From: Chiloscyllium plagiosum
Taxonomy: Eukaryota
Assembly (NCBI RefSeq): GCF_004010195.1
Contig: NC_057720.1
Location: forward strand, 33,200,172 to 33,264,171
Length of the DNA: 64,000 bases
Direction of reading: 5' to 3'
A program made the translations under genes and the position numbers. The notes below the pieces were generated by a model. It worked only from the letters and a program-made list of their open reading frames with translations, was not told the DNA's origin and ran no database searches. This document shows positions 38,052 to 51,658 of the stretch, piece after piece. Within the stretch, counting starts at the first letter, position 1, and each line of letters opens with the position of its first letter.

Positions 38052-38972
38052 AAAAGAAGTGAGTTTTGAGAAGATTTGTAGCGCAGGTTGAATTTCTGGA
38101 TGTAGGTTTGCTTGCTGAGCTGGAAGGTTCATTTTCAGATGTTTCGTCACCATACTAGGTAACACCTTCAGTGAGTCTCCAAATGAAGCACTGGTGGTGT
38201 AGCCCACTTTCTATTTATATGTTTGGGTTTCATTGGGTTTCCATGAATTCAAAAAGAATGGGTACCCAATGAACACAGTCCACCAATTTCAAGCAACAAA
38301 CCCAAACAAGCAGCCAAAACACGTCCAGAAATTTTAGCCACTCTCCCCTACATCATCTTGGAAATGACTGCTAGACTACTCAGACCCCTTGGCATCATGG
38401 TAGCCCACAAACCCACTAACACACTAAAACAGCTGCTAATGAACTTGAAAAACTCTATACAAACAACAAGCAAAACTCATGTCATTTACAAAATACTGTG
38501 CAAGAACTGTAAAAAATATTATATTGGATAAACAGGCAGAATACTAGCCACCAGGATATATGAACATCAACTAGCCACAAAAAGACATGAACCATTCTCA
38601 CCAGTATCCTTACATACAGATGAACTAGGACACCACTTCGACTGGACGACATATCCATCCTAGGACAAGCCAAACAGAGACATGCACAAGAATTCCTAGA
38701 AGCATTGCGTTCCAACTGAAACTCTATCAACAAACACATTGATTTGGATCTCATTTACCACCCCTTGAGAAAAAGAACAGGAAATAACATCAATATAGGA
38801 AATGATATCACCACAGGAAATGACATCACCAACCCAAGGGAACCCAAACATATAAATAGAGAGGGGGCTACATCACCAGTACTTCATTCAGAAGCACACT
38901 GAAGATGTTACTTCGTATGGTGACAAAATGTCTGAAAACGAACCTTCCAGCTCAGCGAGCAAACCTACCTTC
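38052..38972 (+). mobile_element. Penelope-like element (third family) with GIY-YIG remnant and inverted termini
   Basis: NGYP..ATLPYI..VIYKILCKNCKKYYIG*TGR..EFLEA on plus; about 38100-38235 is an inverted copy of about 38825-38970; mutated hammerhead in each arm. Confidence 0.85.
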
Positions 38973-39598
38973 AATACCTAAAATAAATCATAATCGATTT
39001 GAGAAATACAAAGTTTTAAGTTTCTAATAAAAAAGAAGATTTATACTTAATGCTGGATTAAGCACAACGGACCCTGTCACACGGATCAGGCAGACATTGC
39101 CTGTCTATTTGCACAGCTGTGCATACAAATTAATCCTAGTAGGGAGTAACTTAACAATTCTTTTTGTTCTTAAGTGAGCAAACTGTTCCAATTAAGTTGT
39201 ATCCAGAATAAGTTTTTAAAATGTTGAAGCAGGTTAATGAAGTAAATAAGTTTGCTCAAGTATTTTGGGGGCCCTCTTGTGGCACAGTGGTAGTATTCAT
39301 GCCCCTGGACTGAGAAACCTGGGTTCATGCTTCAGAGTTGTGTAATAATATCTTTAAACAGATTGATTAGGAAAAATGGATTAAATTTTTTAAATGTTGA
39401 GTATTTTTAATAACATTTAATTGAGTTGCCACTTGGAAATGACTTTGATCTTTAAAAAACGAAGAATCTGTAACTTATAGCTATTAGCCAACTGTGACCC
39501 AGATTCCATTCATTGCATCCATGGAATAATTCTAAAACATGTTAAAAATTATTCCTTGACAATTCATTCAATTTGATAATACAGGGAATCATTGCTTT

Positions 39599-39838
39599 GA
39601 AACAAAAACAGAAATTGATGGAAAATCTCAGTAGGTCTGGCAGCATTCAGGGAGAGAAATCACAGTTAATGTTTTGGGTCCAGTGACCCTTCTTCAGTAC
39701 GGTTGTAAAGGACGATCACTGGGCCTGAAACATTTACTCCGATTTCTCTCCACAAATGCTGCCAGACCTGCAGAGTTTTTCCAGCAAGTTCTGTTTTTGT
39801 TTCTGATTTCCAGCATCTGCAGTTCATTCAATTTTTTA
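39599..39838. mobile_element. Fold-back mini PLE (older)
   Basis: gaaacaaaaacagaa..ggtctggcagcat..gggtccagtgacccttcttcag and its inverted counterpart ending ttctgtttttgtttc. Confidence 0.75.
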
Positions 39839-39841
39839 TTT

Positions 39842-39978
39842 AGACCATAAGCACTAGCAGCAAAAGTAAATCACTCAGCCCATTGTTTATTCTGCCATTC
39901 AATGAGATCATGGCTGATCCGTTAATCGTCAACTCCACTTTTTTGCTTTTTCCCATTACTCTTGATTCCCTTACTGTT
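39842..39978 (-). mobile_element. CR1 3'UTR fragment
   Basis: agaccataag..gccattcaatgagatcatggctgatc. Confidence 0.65.
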
Positions 39979-40629
39979 ACTTTCTGTTACCATCAGAGCT
40001 ATACAATGGCAATGATGCTGGGTGAGCAGCATTGATTGACATTGAGAGTATGAGAGGCCATTGGGTATGAGTGCGATTACACATTGAATGCAGGATATGC
40101 AAAGTCATAGGGATGGGTGGAGGATATTGGTTAGTATGAGCAGGTGTGCATATGAGGAAGGGGTTCCGGAGGCAAGGGGTTCTGAGGGGTTAGGTCTAGA
40201 GGGCCCAGTGTTTAACAAGCAACGGGACAAAGTTACAGAGAATCGAGGCAGATCTTTCAAACAACTCAGCCTCCTGAGTATTTCCAGCACTTTTCTTTAG
40301 TTTTGGATTTCCAGCCTGCACAGAAGTTTGCTTCTGTATGTAAACTGTTACAGTTTTCAATAAAATCAGTGTGTGTGATTCTCTCCTCAGGCAGGAGAAA
40401 TTTGCACATGATTAGAGGAACAGTGAACTAGAGGAGGAGGAACAGCAGGCATACAGGGCTTAGCTCAGCACCACGAGTAACTGCCAATTGAAACACTAAG
40501 ATCTCACTCAGCTAAGATAATGATGAAAATAGATGTCAAAGGTTTGGCACTCACAATTACTCATGTGTATAGTAGGGTCCAATATTCAAGGATTATATTT
40601 TACAGTGTCACTTCAATTGTCTCATAACA

Positions 40630-40760
40630 TAAGAGATGCTGTTTTTGGATGAGACACTAAACCCCAGCCCTACTGATCAGATAAGCCATAAGACACGATT
40701 TAAAACTTGAGTTCTCCCTGCATCCAGGCCTACTACATTCCTCGACCAACGCCATTTAAA
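40630..40760 (+). mobile_element. Deu-domain SINE core fragment
   Basis: gctgtttttggatgagacactaaacc..gagttctccctgcatccaggcc..cctcgaccaac. Confidence 0.45.
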
Positions 40761-41844
40761 TAAGTAATTTATTTTACAATTTTTGCACCCATATTTACAA
40801 ACAGCAGAAATTACAATGTAAACTAAATAGGGTTTCAGACCAATCGCACATTTGAACATATGAATTAGGAGCAGAAATAGATCATTCAGCCCTTCAATCC
40901 TGTCTCACCATTCAATAAAGCCATGGCTGTGCTGCTTGTGTTCCAAATTCCCATTATCACTGGATTTCCTTGGCTAATACAATGTTTATCTACTTCCACA
41001 TTAAATATATTCAATAATCCTGTCTCCTACACAACTTCTGAGGCAAAGTGTTCCAAAGACACACACCACAGAGAAAAAAAATGACCTGTCTCTTCTATCC
41101 TTAAGGGATGAGCCCTACTTTTAAAACACTCTCCCTTAATTCACTCATTAAATTGAACATCCTTTCCATCTACACCTTGTGAAGACCATTCTGGATTTTA
41201 TAAAACTCACTCGAATTATCCGTCGCTGTTCTAAACACAAGTGAAAACAAGCCTGGCCTTACCATTTTTCTACATAAGACAACCCACTCACTCCAGGTAT
41301 GAACCTAGTAAACTTCCATCCATAGTCATATATTGGCCCCTACACCCATGTGCTCTGACCTTGCACAATAACTGTTCAGGTGAAAATTTGTCTAATGCCT
41401 TCTGGAAATCCAAGTACAGTACGTCAATAAGCTCCCCTTTATCCACAGCGTATGTTACTCCTTCAAAGAATTCCAATGAATTGAATAAACATGATGTCTC
41501 TTTCACAAAACAATACTAACTCTTCCCAGTGTCCTTAAGCTTTTCCAAGTACCAAAGTACTAGCTTCTTAAATGATTGATTCTAAAACTATCCCATGTTA
41601 GATGTCAAGCTAACTGACATATAACTTCCTAATTCCTGCCTTCATCCCAATTTTGAATAGAAGAAGATATTTGTTACTTCCCTGTCTGATGAAACCATTT
41701 CAGAATCCAATGAATTTTGGAAAAGTAACATCCACACATCTATTATCTTAATAGTCACCTATTTTAAGATCCTCGTATGAAGTTGATCAGGCCCAGACAA
41801 TGATCAAGGCACAGCTCCGCGAGTTTGCTCAAATCTGCTTTAAC

Positions 41845-42183
41845 CATAGAATCCCTACAGTGTGGAAACAGGCCATTTGGCCCAACAAATCCACATTCAC
41901 CCTCCGATGAGTAACCCATCCAGATGAATTCCCCTACACTATTTCTCTACATTTATCCCTTACTAATGCACCTAACCCACACATCTCTGAACAATATGGG
42001 CAATTTAGCATGGCCAATTCATTTAACCTGCACATCTTTGGATTGTGGGAGGAAACTGGAGCACCCATGGGAAGCCCAAACAGACATGGGAGGAGAACCT
42101 GCAAACTCCACACAGACAGTCGCCCAAGTGTAGAATTGAACCCAGGTCCCTGGTGCTGTGAGACAACAGTGCTAACCACTGAA
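41845..42183 (-). mobile_element. HE1-like SINE
   Basis: atagaatccctacagtgtggaaacaggcc tail to gtgctaaccactga head. Confidence 0.85.
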
Positions 42184-42826
42184 CCTTCTCTCTTACTTTA
42201 ACCTCTTGAGTAAAGGTATTACTGGGATTTTGTTTGTATCCTCTAGAGTGAAAACAAAAGCAATATGTTCATTCATTACATCTACCATGTCTTTATTATC
42301 TACTATTAGCTACCTATTCTCACCCTCTAGAGGAGCAACAAGCATTTTACTTATTCTTGCTATCTGATTTTACATTTCTAGCAAGCTTTCTCTCATGCTT
42401 TAATTTATTTGCCCTGTTTACCCTTTTAGTCATTCTCCACCATTCTTTGTTTTCAGACCAGTCATCTGACCTGCACTCATCTTTGTGCAGTTAAATGCCT
42501 TTAGGTTTAATGCCTTACCTTCTTTAGTTAAATAGGAATGGTGGATCTTCACTTTAGAACTTTTTATTTGTATTAGGAATATACTTCTGAGTATTCTGAA
42601 ATGTATCTTTAAACATCTGCCACTGTTTTTCTACTGATCTATCTTCTTGTCCAATGTCCCAGCTCACTGTAGCTAGACTAGCGTTCATACCCATATAGTT
42701 GCTCCTTTTTAAAGTAAAAATGCTAGTTGTATCTTAAAATGCTACCTTTCAAACCAAATATAAAATGTTATCACATTATGATTACTGATATTTAGAAGTG
42801 CCTTTACTTTAGAATCATTAATTAAT

Positions 42827-43288
42827 TCTGTTGTGGTTCTGTTCGCCGAGCTGGGAATTTGTGTTGCAGACGTTTCATCCCCTGTCTAGGGGACATCCTC
42901 AGTGCTTGGGAGCCTCCTGTGAAGTGCTTCTGTGTTGTTTCCTCCGGCATTTATAGTGGTTTGTCTCTGCCGCTTCCGGTTGTCAGTTCCAGCTGTCCGC
43001 TGCAGTGGTCGGTATATTGGGTCCAGGTCGATGTGTTTGTTGATAGAATCTGTGGATGAGTGCCATGCCTCTAGGAATTCCCTGGCTGTTCTCTGTTTGG
43101 CTTGTCCTGTGATAGTAGTGTTGTCTCAGTCGAACTCATGTTGTTTGTCATCTGCGTGTGTGGCTACTAAGGATAGCTGGTCGTGTCATTTCGTGGCTAG
43201 TTGGTGTTCATGGATACAGATCGTTAGCTGTCTTTCTGTTTGTCCTATGTAGTGTTTTGTGCAGTCCTTGCATGGGATTTTGTACACA
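42827..43288 (-). mobile_element. Penelope-like element 3' end (fourth family), GIY-YIG
   Basis: Minus strand VYKIPCKDCTKHYIGQTERQL..HEH..AREFLEAWHS..SINKHIDLDPIY (two stops), then terminus with hammerhead. Confidence 0.9.
42866..42905 (-). ncRNA. Minimal hammerhead ribozyme motif
   Basis: GCA-CUGAGGA-U-GUCCCCUagacAGGGGAU-GAAACGUC-UGC; stems I and II fully paired. Confidence 0.8.
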
Positions 43289-44989
43289 CTTTGAATTATT
43301 TAATTTTGTTTTATGAGACAGCATAGCCTGTGCACTGGTCAGTTCCACAACATGCTGCACTAAGAAAGTACCTCAAAACCATTCAATTTTTCCAGTTTAC
43401 ATTTAGATTAAATTTGTCCACATTATTGTCAATAATTTATCACAAGCATCCAATATTGCTTCTTGTATACTTCTTCCTACATTGATGTTACTGTTCATGG
43501 GCCTGTAGATTATCCCCACAATTGACATTTTCCCTGATTATTTCTAATCTCCACTCAATCCAATTTCACATCCTGATCTCAATGCCTATGGTTATCTCTA
43601 ACTATTGCACCAGCACCATCTTTGATTATGCGCTCTAAACCTCTAACTATACCTGATTTGCTATTATTTTAGAATGTCATATACCCTACTCAATATTCAG
43701 AACGCAATCTTGGTCATCTTGTAGCCACGTCTCTGTAATAGCTCTAAGATCAGACTTATTTGTTTCAACGTGCATTATCAGTTCACTTTGTTATGAATGT
43801 AAACATACATTCAGATACAAACCTTTAGTTCAAGTTTTTTGAAACATCTACTCTGGATTGCTGGTATATTCTTAAGTTTTTGTTTTCTCCTGGTCACTTT
43901 CAATTATTCTGCGACCTTTATTTTCCATACTAGTACTTTGTTCTCCTGCCTTGACTCTATCCCTTGACTTGTTACATTTACCCAAGTTTGATCCTTCATT
44001 GAAACCCCATACCCTCCATTTAGTTTAAAGCTCACTTTTCTTCCTAGTTATGTGTTTGTGAGAACACAGTCACAACACAGTTCAGGTGTAAACAGTCTGG
44101 CTGTACAGATCCCACTTTCCCCAGTACTGGTGTCAGTGCCCACTTCTCCCACACTGTTACTGAACCTGCATTTACTTCTTTAATCTTTTTCATTCTGTAC
44201 CAATTTGCAATTACTCCAGTGGCAATCTAGAGGTTATAATCTTTAAAGTTCTGGTTTCTAATTTAGTACCTAACTTCTCGTACTCCCTCAACAGAAACTC
44301 TTTCCAGGTTCTACATTTGCTAATGGTATAGGAGTGGTCCATAATCATGCCACACTCTCCTTCCTACTACATGAGTTTCTCCACTCCATGGTATCCTGAA
44401 CTCTGACACACAGCGGAAAATACAGCGGTCTGGACTCTTACTGTTTTTTGCAGAGAATCGTACCAATCCTCCTTTCAATACTATGACTACATTCCTCTTA
44501 CCCTCATCTCTTGGATAGCTTACTGTATCATTATGCCATGGCTAGTTAATTCATCCACCTTGCAGCCCTCATTACCATACCTTCAATATCTACTATTAAT
44601 TTCCTATCCTCACCCTCTAGACGAGCAACACACATTTTACTTATTCTTGCTATCTGATTTTACATTTCTAGCGAGCTTTCTCTTATGCTTTAATTTATTT
44701 GCCTTGTTTAGCCTTTTAGTCATTCTCTGCCATTCTCTGTTTTCAGATCAGCTTCTATCAAACAATCTGAAAATACCTCAAACCTATTAGAAAATTACAA
44801 ATACTGAGGCTCTAGAGCACCTGCCCTCTGTCTCCATATCTATCTCACTTACAGTCACACCACTACTGTCCCTGATCACTGACTCGATCAGAAGACATTT
44901 TAGCATTGCCAGTAGACTAAACAATGCTAATAAAATAATACAATACTTCCTGTAGTGCTATTTTGCTCAGTTTCTAATAATACCAGCTA

Positions 44990-46098
44990 GTGATTTGGGG
45001 CGAATGGGATCAAAAGTTATGGGAAGAAAGTAGGATTAGGCTGTTGAGTTGAGTGATCTGCCATGATCTTTTCATTTTATACATTAATGATCTAGATCAG
45101 GAACTAAGGGCATTCTGACTAAGTTTGCAGGTGATACAAAGATACGTAGAGGGACAGGTAGCATTGAGGAGTTGGAGAGGCTGCAGATGGATTTGGACAG
45201 GTTAGGAGAGTAGGCAAAGAAAGGCAGATGGAATACAACTTGGGAAAGTGTGAGGTCATGCACTTTGGTTGGAAGAATAGAGGCATGGTCTATTTTCTAA
45301 AAGGGGAGAAGATTCAGAATCTGAAGTGCAAAGAGACTTGAGAGTTCTAGTTCAGGATTCTCTCAAGGTAAACTTGCAGACTTAATTAGTTGTAAGAAAG
45401 GCAAATGCAATGATGGCATTTATTTTGAGACGACTTGAATATAAAAGCAGGGATGTACTTCTGAGGCTCTATAAGGCTCTGGTCAGACCACATTTGGAGT
45501 ATTGTGCTCAGTTTGGGGCCCCATATCTCAAGAAGATGTACTGGCTCTGGAATGTATTTAGGGGAGGTTCACAAGAATGGTACCAGGAATGGAAAACTTA
45601 ACATATGAGGAATATTTGAGGACTCGGTTTATACTCGATGGAGTTTAGAAGGATGAGGGGAGTCTAATTGAAACATACAGAATACTGAATGGCCTGGACA
45701 GAGTGGATGTTGGGAAGATGTTTCCATTGGTGAGAGAGACTAGGACCTGAGGGCATAGAGTAAAGGAACAGAAATAATGAGAAACTTCTTCAGCCAGAGA
45801 GTGGTGAATCTGTGGAATTCATTATCACGGAAGTCTGTGGGGGCCAGGTCATTGAGTATATTTAAGACTGAGATAGATAGGTTCTTGAGTGTCAAGGAGA
45901 TCAAGGGTTACAGGGAGAAAGTGGGAGAAGGGAGTTGAGAAACTTATCAGCCATGATTGAATGGCAGAGCAGATTTGATGGTCTGATTGGCTTAATTTTG
46001 GCTCCATGGCTTATGGTCTTATGGTTTTAAGGAATGGCAGAGCAGGCTGAAAGAGCTGAATCGCCTCCTCCTGCTCCTATCTTCTATGTTTCTATGTT
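44990..46098 (+). mobile_element. CR1 (about 45068-46028) inserted in the 3'UTR of another CR1
   Basis: KFAGDTK and ORF 45410 (LRLYKALVRPHLEYCAQF); outer 3'UTR split at gccatgatct / gaatggcagagcagg. Confidence 0.85.
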
Positions 46099-46439
46099 TA
46101 CCTGCTCCTTCTGCTGCACAAAATTGGAAATCATGTGGAACAAGAAAGTACCTCTTCCCTACTCTTCATTAATCTTTCCATTCATGACACTTTACTGCTT
46201 GCAGTAAACATTACTTGCTCCCATGCACTGAATTCCCACTTTGTATCATGTTTTCAGATATACTCACTCAGTGTCTGTCTGATTTCAGTAAAATCTCCCT
46301 CAAACTGACCTTGCACCCTTTGTAACTGTGCAAATTAAAATTCCTTTTCTTACATAGATTTGTGATGCTATGTTCTCTAGTTTAGCTTCCTGCCACAGTA
46401 ATCAGCACCTACTCAGATAGTTATTCAGGCAAAAACACA

Positions 46440-46530
46440 GAGAGTGGTGGATCGACTCAGCAAGTCTGGCAGCATCTGCAGCGAGACAAAAAGAGTTAAT
46501 GTTTCAGGTCTGAATGGCTCTTTTTCAGAA
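46440..46530 (-). mobile_element. PLE terminal fragment
   Basis: ctcagcaagtctggcagcatctg..agagttaatgtttcagg. Confidence 0.5.
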
Positions 46531-49500
46531 TCAAATTCATTCAGAACTGTCAGTTTTGAAAATGAGTTCTACAAGTCTAGATGTTTTAGAAAAATAGCAG
46601 TCAATTCTAAAGTTCGCATTATTTGGCTGTTGAGGACATATAGGAAACGTGCACAGAAAGATATGCAAAATCTGGAGACATACTTTAATAAAAAAAACTG
46701 ATGTCCTTCTATTAAAAAGTTAAACAGAAATACTTTAAATAATAATTTTCTAAACAAAGTGGAAATACTAATAAATTTATATCCAACAACTCATGCTGCT
46801 TTCTTTTCACATCCTCTTATCACTCCAATTGCTAGTTGCTCCCATCCCCCGATGTGCCACTGAGGGAGGCTAAGCACTGTTAGTGTGAAATTCTGTTATG
46901 ATTACTCGAATGAATACAACTATTTGACCCCATGAGGATGCTTTTATAAGCTGTACCTTCTGATTCATTAATATCTGAATAATAGCTAATGATGGCTGCC
47001 CTGTGCTCTCCATTTAATGCACTATGCCACAAAGCAATGTAGTTGGATTAATGCCCATTGTAAATGCCTTTACTTATATATGTCAGTTATATTTAGTATT
47101 TCACAGTATTTTCCTGGATTCGGACATGTTTCTCTTTGTAAACCTACAACTCACAGATTGTAATCGTTGAACACAAATCTGTGTTCACCTAAATATTCAC
47201 ATGCTAAATTGATTAATAAAACTAATCCCTCAAAATCAATGCTCCTTTTTCAAATAAAGATCCTTTGTGAAGTCCACCTTAACCTAATTGCTAACAAAGA
47301 GGGTAGTAATTGTATTCAGCAATAAAAGAATGTCAACACGCAGAAATTCTATTACTGATTTACAATGTGGGAAGGACCTGGCAATCCCTTACCTTAACAG
47401 GCACAGAATGGCAGAGGAAAACAGTGAGAACAAACCTAAAAGGAGTATTGAGAACAAAGGTCTGAATCCAGAAGTGAGCTAGAAGGTATGCATGATAAAC
47501 CATGGGTGGGTGCCACTGTGGAGAAGTTCCCAGGTTTTGTTTAATCCGAAATTAAAGCCAAATGCAACCCCACAAGGAAAGTGAGAAAATCAAAGAATTA
47601 ACCAACAAGGCCATTGTTAATTATCAAGAGTATAAATTTGGAGTCTTTCCTGTGAACAACAATTGATGATAAGCTAAAAGTTTTAAAACTGGTGTCGATA
47701 GAGTTAAGGGGCAAATTTGTGCATATCTTGTTGACTGATGGAAAAAGTTCCTGGGCTCTATGGCCTCCATATGTTACTATGATCAAAAACTTGAAAGTAT
47801 TTCTACTTTTCTTTATGTCTGATGATGGGCCATCACAACTTGAATCCAAAACTTTGTTTCTTTCTACAGATGTTGTCCGACTTAGTGAAAAATTACAGCA
47901 TTTCCTCTTGCTACTTCGTACATTGCTGTTTTCATAATTATACGTAGAACTTGATTTAAAATGCTATTATGAGCAAACATTTTCTGTTGTGGGAATTTTA
48001 TGCCCTTGTTGTGGCATGTTTGGAGGCGGAGTGTGTCACCGTATTGTATGTCAGGGTGATGTCCACTTCCTACTTTTATCAGAATTAATTCCAGAACAGA
48101 AAGCCTGTCGTCAGACAGCGAGCCCACACATTAATAAGGACTCTTAAGTGGGTAATTATAGCCAGTTAGAGGCCTCATTCCCAACAGCAGGTATGTCTGC
48201 CACTAGTGAAGGAGCATCACAAGCTCTCAGCATGTCAACTTGAGGTATCTGGAGACTGAGGTGGAGCAGTCTGTCCCTGAACAAGGGACCTGGTAACAGA
48301 AAGAGGGTTAGCTACGCACTCTCTCCCCAGCCCTTGCTGCTGACACCTTCACCTCTCTCCCTTGTGACACCCACCCTCCTGATAACTCTCCCGGAAAGAC
48401 TCATCCTTGGCCTAGATCATTTTGTCATCCTGAGCCCTTGGTGACCATTGTTCTCTCAACTGTCCCTGCCCTCCTGGTTTTGCTGCTAAGTTGATGGGCA
48501 GGAGTTGTGCCCTGGAATCTTTGATCCTAGGGAATGGAGTTGCCAACTCTCTAGGACTGACCGAGAGTATTGAAAATTACTCTCTAGGACACTGAAGAAA
48601 ATCATAGGGATATGAAGAGAGATTGAGGTTTTCTGAAATTTTCTTGGACTATTTCTCTTCACCAGATATAAAAATTGAAAATTGGCAAAAAAGGCTGTTT
48701 CATTGACAGTCAAGCAACATGCAATTGGGTAATAAGTCTGCTTGCTTTCAGATTGGTGTAGGAAGGCAGTGTGTTTCAAGGATGGATCTATTGGCTGATT
48801 AATAGTTGGTGGATTTGGGGAAATCATGTGATCAACCCTTCACTTTACCCACAATCCGACTGGGAAGGTACTTAATATCATCAGGCCTTCCTTCCCAGAG
48901 GAGGCAACTGGGGTCTCTCACTGGCACTCCAAGCAGAAGACAAGACTTATCATGCCTCTATAAAATGCTCTACAGCATCTTTAACTATCTTATTATATAT
49001 CTTGAATGGAACATCTCTCAAAACCCTCTTTAGTAGATGGAGGGTTAAAATTCTTCAGTTCTTTCCCAAACATGTCTTACTGTTCATCTTTGCAAGAACT
49101 CAAACATCTCTCTTGTTTCTGGGTGACCAGAGCTCCACCTGACCTCTTTGATTCATATTCTGTTGTTTTGACTAAATTACTATTGCATGATCACTTTAGT
49201 TAATCGAGACTAGTATCACGTTTATCAAGCCAATTATGTGTTTTGTTAGCTTCAGGTCCCATTCATGGAGTATACATGCCAGGCGGAAAACAAAATAGCC
49301 CAACAATTGGTTTGATGAAGTAAAAAGTGAAGTGAAAGATTAATTTTACTGGGATGATGTAACCCGGTCTCAAACATGCACTCTCCTGTAGTAGGAGCTG
49401 GCTTGATGATTTTACCATAGTTGGTCTCCTAATGAGCTACTTGTGGAGTCGTGTAGAACCCAGCCTGAGGCTGGGTAGCTCAGCAGCATCAATGACAGAG

Positions 49501-50411
49501 GCAGATGATGCTGAAGCAGTTCGGTGACATTGATCATCAAAACAGAGGTTCTGCCAAACTACTAAGTACAAATTAATCTGATTGGTTGAGGGGCAAATCT
49601 CTACTAAATGCAGGGTAAACCTCTTTCACAAACAATAATGTGTTGGGCAAGAGTAGGGATATTCACTAAGGCTGCCATTCCTTCCCACGCTCCGCTCTCT
49701 GGGATTTGGGGTTCCCAGCTCTTGTCATCCTGTAGTATCATAGGGGTATGTTTCCATAATGCTGGTGACCTCCTCATGTTTTGATGGAGGGTGTTATTGT
49801 GCCAGTGAAACAACCCTGTAAAATGCTCCATGTTAGGGTCTTCAATTATGCAAATTAGCTGCCTGCCTCCTTGGAGCAGGTCTTTGATCCTCCTTGTAGC
49901 CTTCCATTGGAAAACACCACCTTGGCAATGGGACTGCAAATGGTGCTATCCCAATGCAACTTCCTGCTATGCTCTCACTTTCCTCACTTGTTTTTCCACC
50001 ACCTGGGGTTTGGTCAAATTCTGTCCATTAAACCTGCCTGTTCCCAATGTTTATTGAGAATGATAACATCACTAGCTTGCATTTATATAGCAACTGTAAT
50101 ACAATGAATATCTAATGACACACTTCTGATGAAAACAAAAGGGAATACATTCAATACACTTCTGTTAATTACACTTATTGATTAGCCTAGTATGGATCTT
50201 GGCTGGAGAATAACATGGAGCTACTTGAACAATTATAACAACCACTGTGACCAATCCACCAGTCATCAATGCTTTGCTGCAATTTGGTTAAAAGATCATT
50301 TGTCCTGGGAAACAGTAATGAGTGAAACAGCATGGGAGAGAATGGGCTTCAGGTTTTTTGAGCTTTGCACTGAAGGCCTTGGTAGAGGAAGTGGAAGCTA
50401 TGACATATGTC

Positions 50412-50535
50412 CATGAAAGGTGTTTGCCCGAAACATCGATTTTCCTGCTCCTCGGACGCTGCCTGACCAGCTATGCTTTTCCAGCACCACATTCTTGACT
50501 CTAATCTCCAGCATCTGCAGTACTCACTTTTGCCT
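50412..50535 (+). mobile_element. PLE terminal fragment
   Basis: gcccgaaacatcgattttcctgctcctcgg..ctccagcatctgcagt; atatgtc on both sides. Confidence 0.75.
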
Positions 50536-51658
50536 ATATGTCTATTATCGACAGGGGGTGCTGTAAGATATATGTTCAAAAGGCAATATGAACAGAATCG
50601 TAGCAAAGCCCAGAAGAAATCAAGGAGCAATGAACCTGTTGGTTAATAATATCTTGAAATAGTGCTTGTGTGTGTGTGATCCTTCATGCTGTGAACATGT
50701 GTTCAGTTGTGCAAGAGAGGGCATTATTGATCTCCAAAACAACAGCATCAGAATCTAAACAGCATTGCATACTGATCAGTGTGATGTTGTACCTGTTCTT
50801 TATTGTTCTTGCAGAATTTCACAGGGAGAGCTTGCACTCACTTGCATCCTACTCAATTTTGGCCCAAAAATATGTATACACACACACACACCATGAATAT
50901 TATTGTGAATCTCTAAGGGTACAGGTAGCACCCATAAATAAAAGGTGCTAACGAGTCCAATTTTTCATGATGTAATGAGAACATAGGAGACTCAATAAGG
51001 AATGCGGCAAATCCAAGTTCTGTTGTCAGTGCAGATTTCAGACTGCAGACCGGTATGAAAATTAAGGTCAAAAAGCATTGCAACATTTAAGGCTTGTCAG
51101 GATTAATATAGTGAATGAAAAAGGCCCAGTCAATCTTCAAGCTATGGAAGTAATAAAACAAAGGACTGGGTAATTGCTATTCACCATCCAGGAGCTGCGT
51201 TCTCTTTCATTTGTGTGCAGCATCAGTTAGAAGCTGAAATTATTTGGTGAATGTTTTGGAACTCATTCCTTATTCTATCTTTACTTTATGTTCATAGATT
51301 AAAAATAACCATTTTAATTATTTTCTGCATTGTAGCTGAGGCATCTCTTGAGGACATTTGTCAAGGTGGGTGCCATCACAGTGCAATAAAAGAATTAAAA
51401 CAATTTTGTATATTATTCTTACCATAAAAATATATGCAAATTTTTAAAATAAGTGTTCCTAAATTATGAGATAAGCATAACCTTGAAATGAATATTTCCC
51501 ACTACCTCATCCTCAACCTTAATGGTTGCTTTGTTTAAATTCTATGAAGATATTATCAACTGCATTTAAGAAATAACAGTAATCAATGTTATATATTTGA
51601 AAGTAAATCAGAAAAGATTAACTCCTTATGGAACTATTTAAGACTAAGTTTATGCCTC

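Larger units (their letters stand above)
40852..44580 (-). mobile_element. Old, long CR1 LINE with nested SINE and PLE
   Basis: 3' tail gaacatatgaattaggagcag; ORF 41288-41506 (SCLFNSLEFFEGVT..DVLYLDFQKALDK); decayed homology toward the 5' end; right boundary uncertain. Confidence 0.65.

Noticed and set aside
39270..39290. CTCF-like motif (reverse complement gccacaagagggcc)
   Set aside because: It lies in the head of a decayed tRNA-SINE-like fragment, with no independent support
49604..49939. 111-aa minus-strand ORF in non-repeat-looking DNA
   Set aside because: No recognisable domain or supporting splice or start context; the length is compatible with chance
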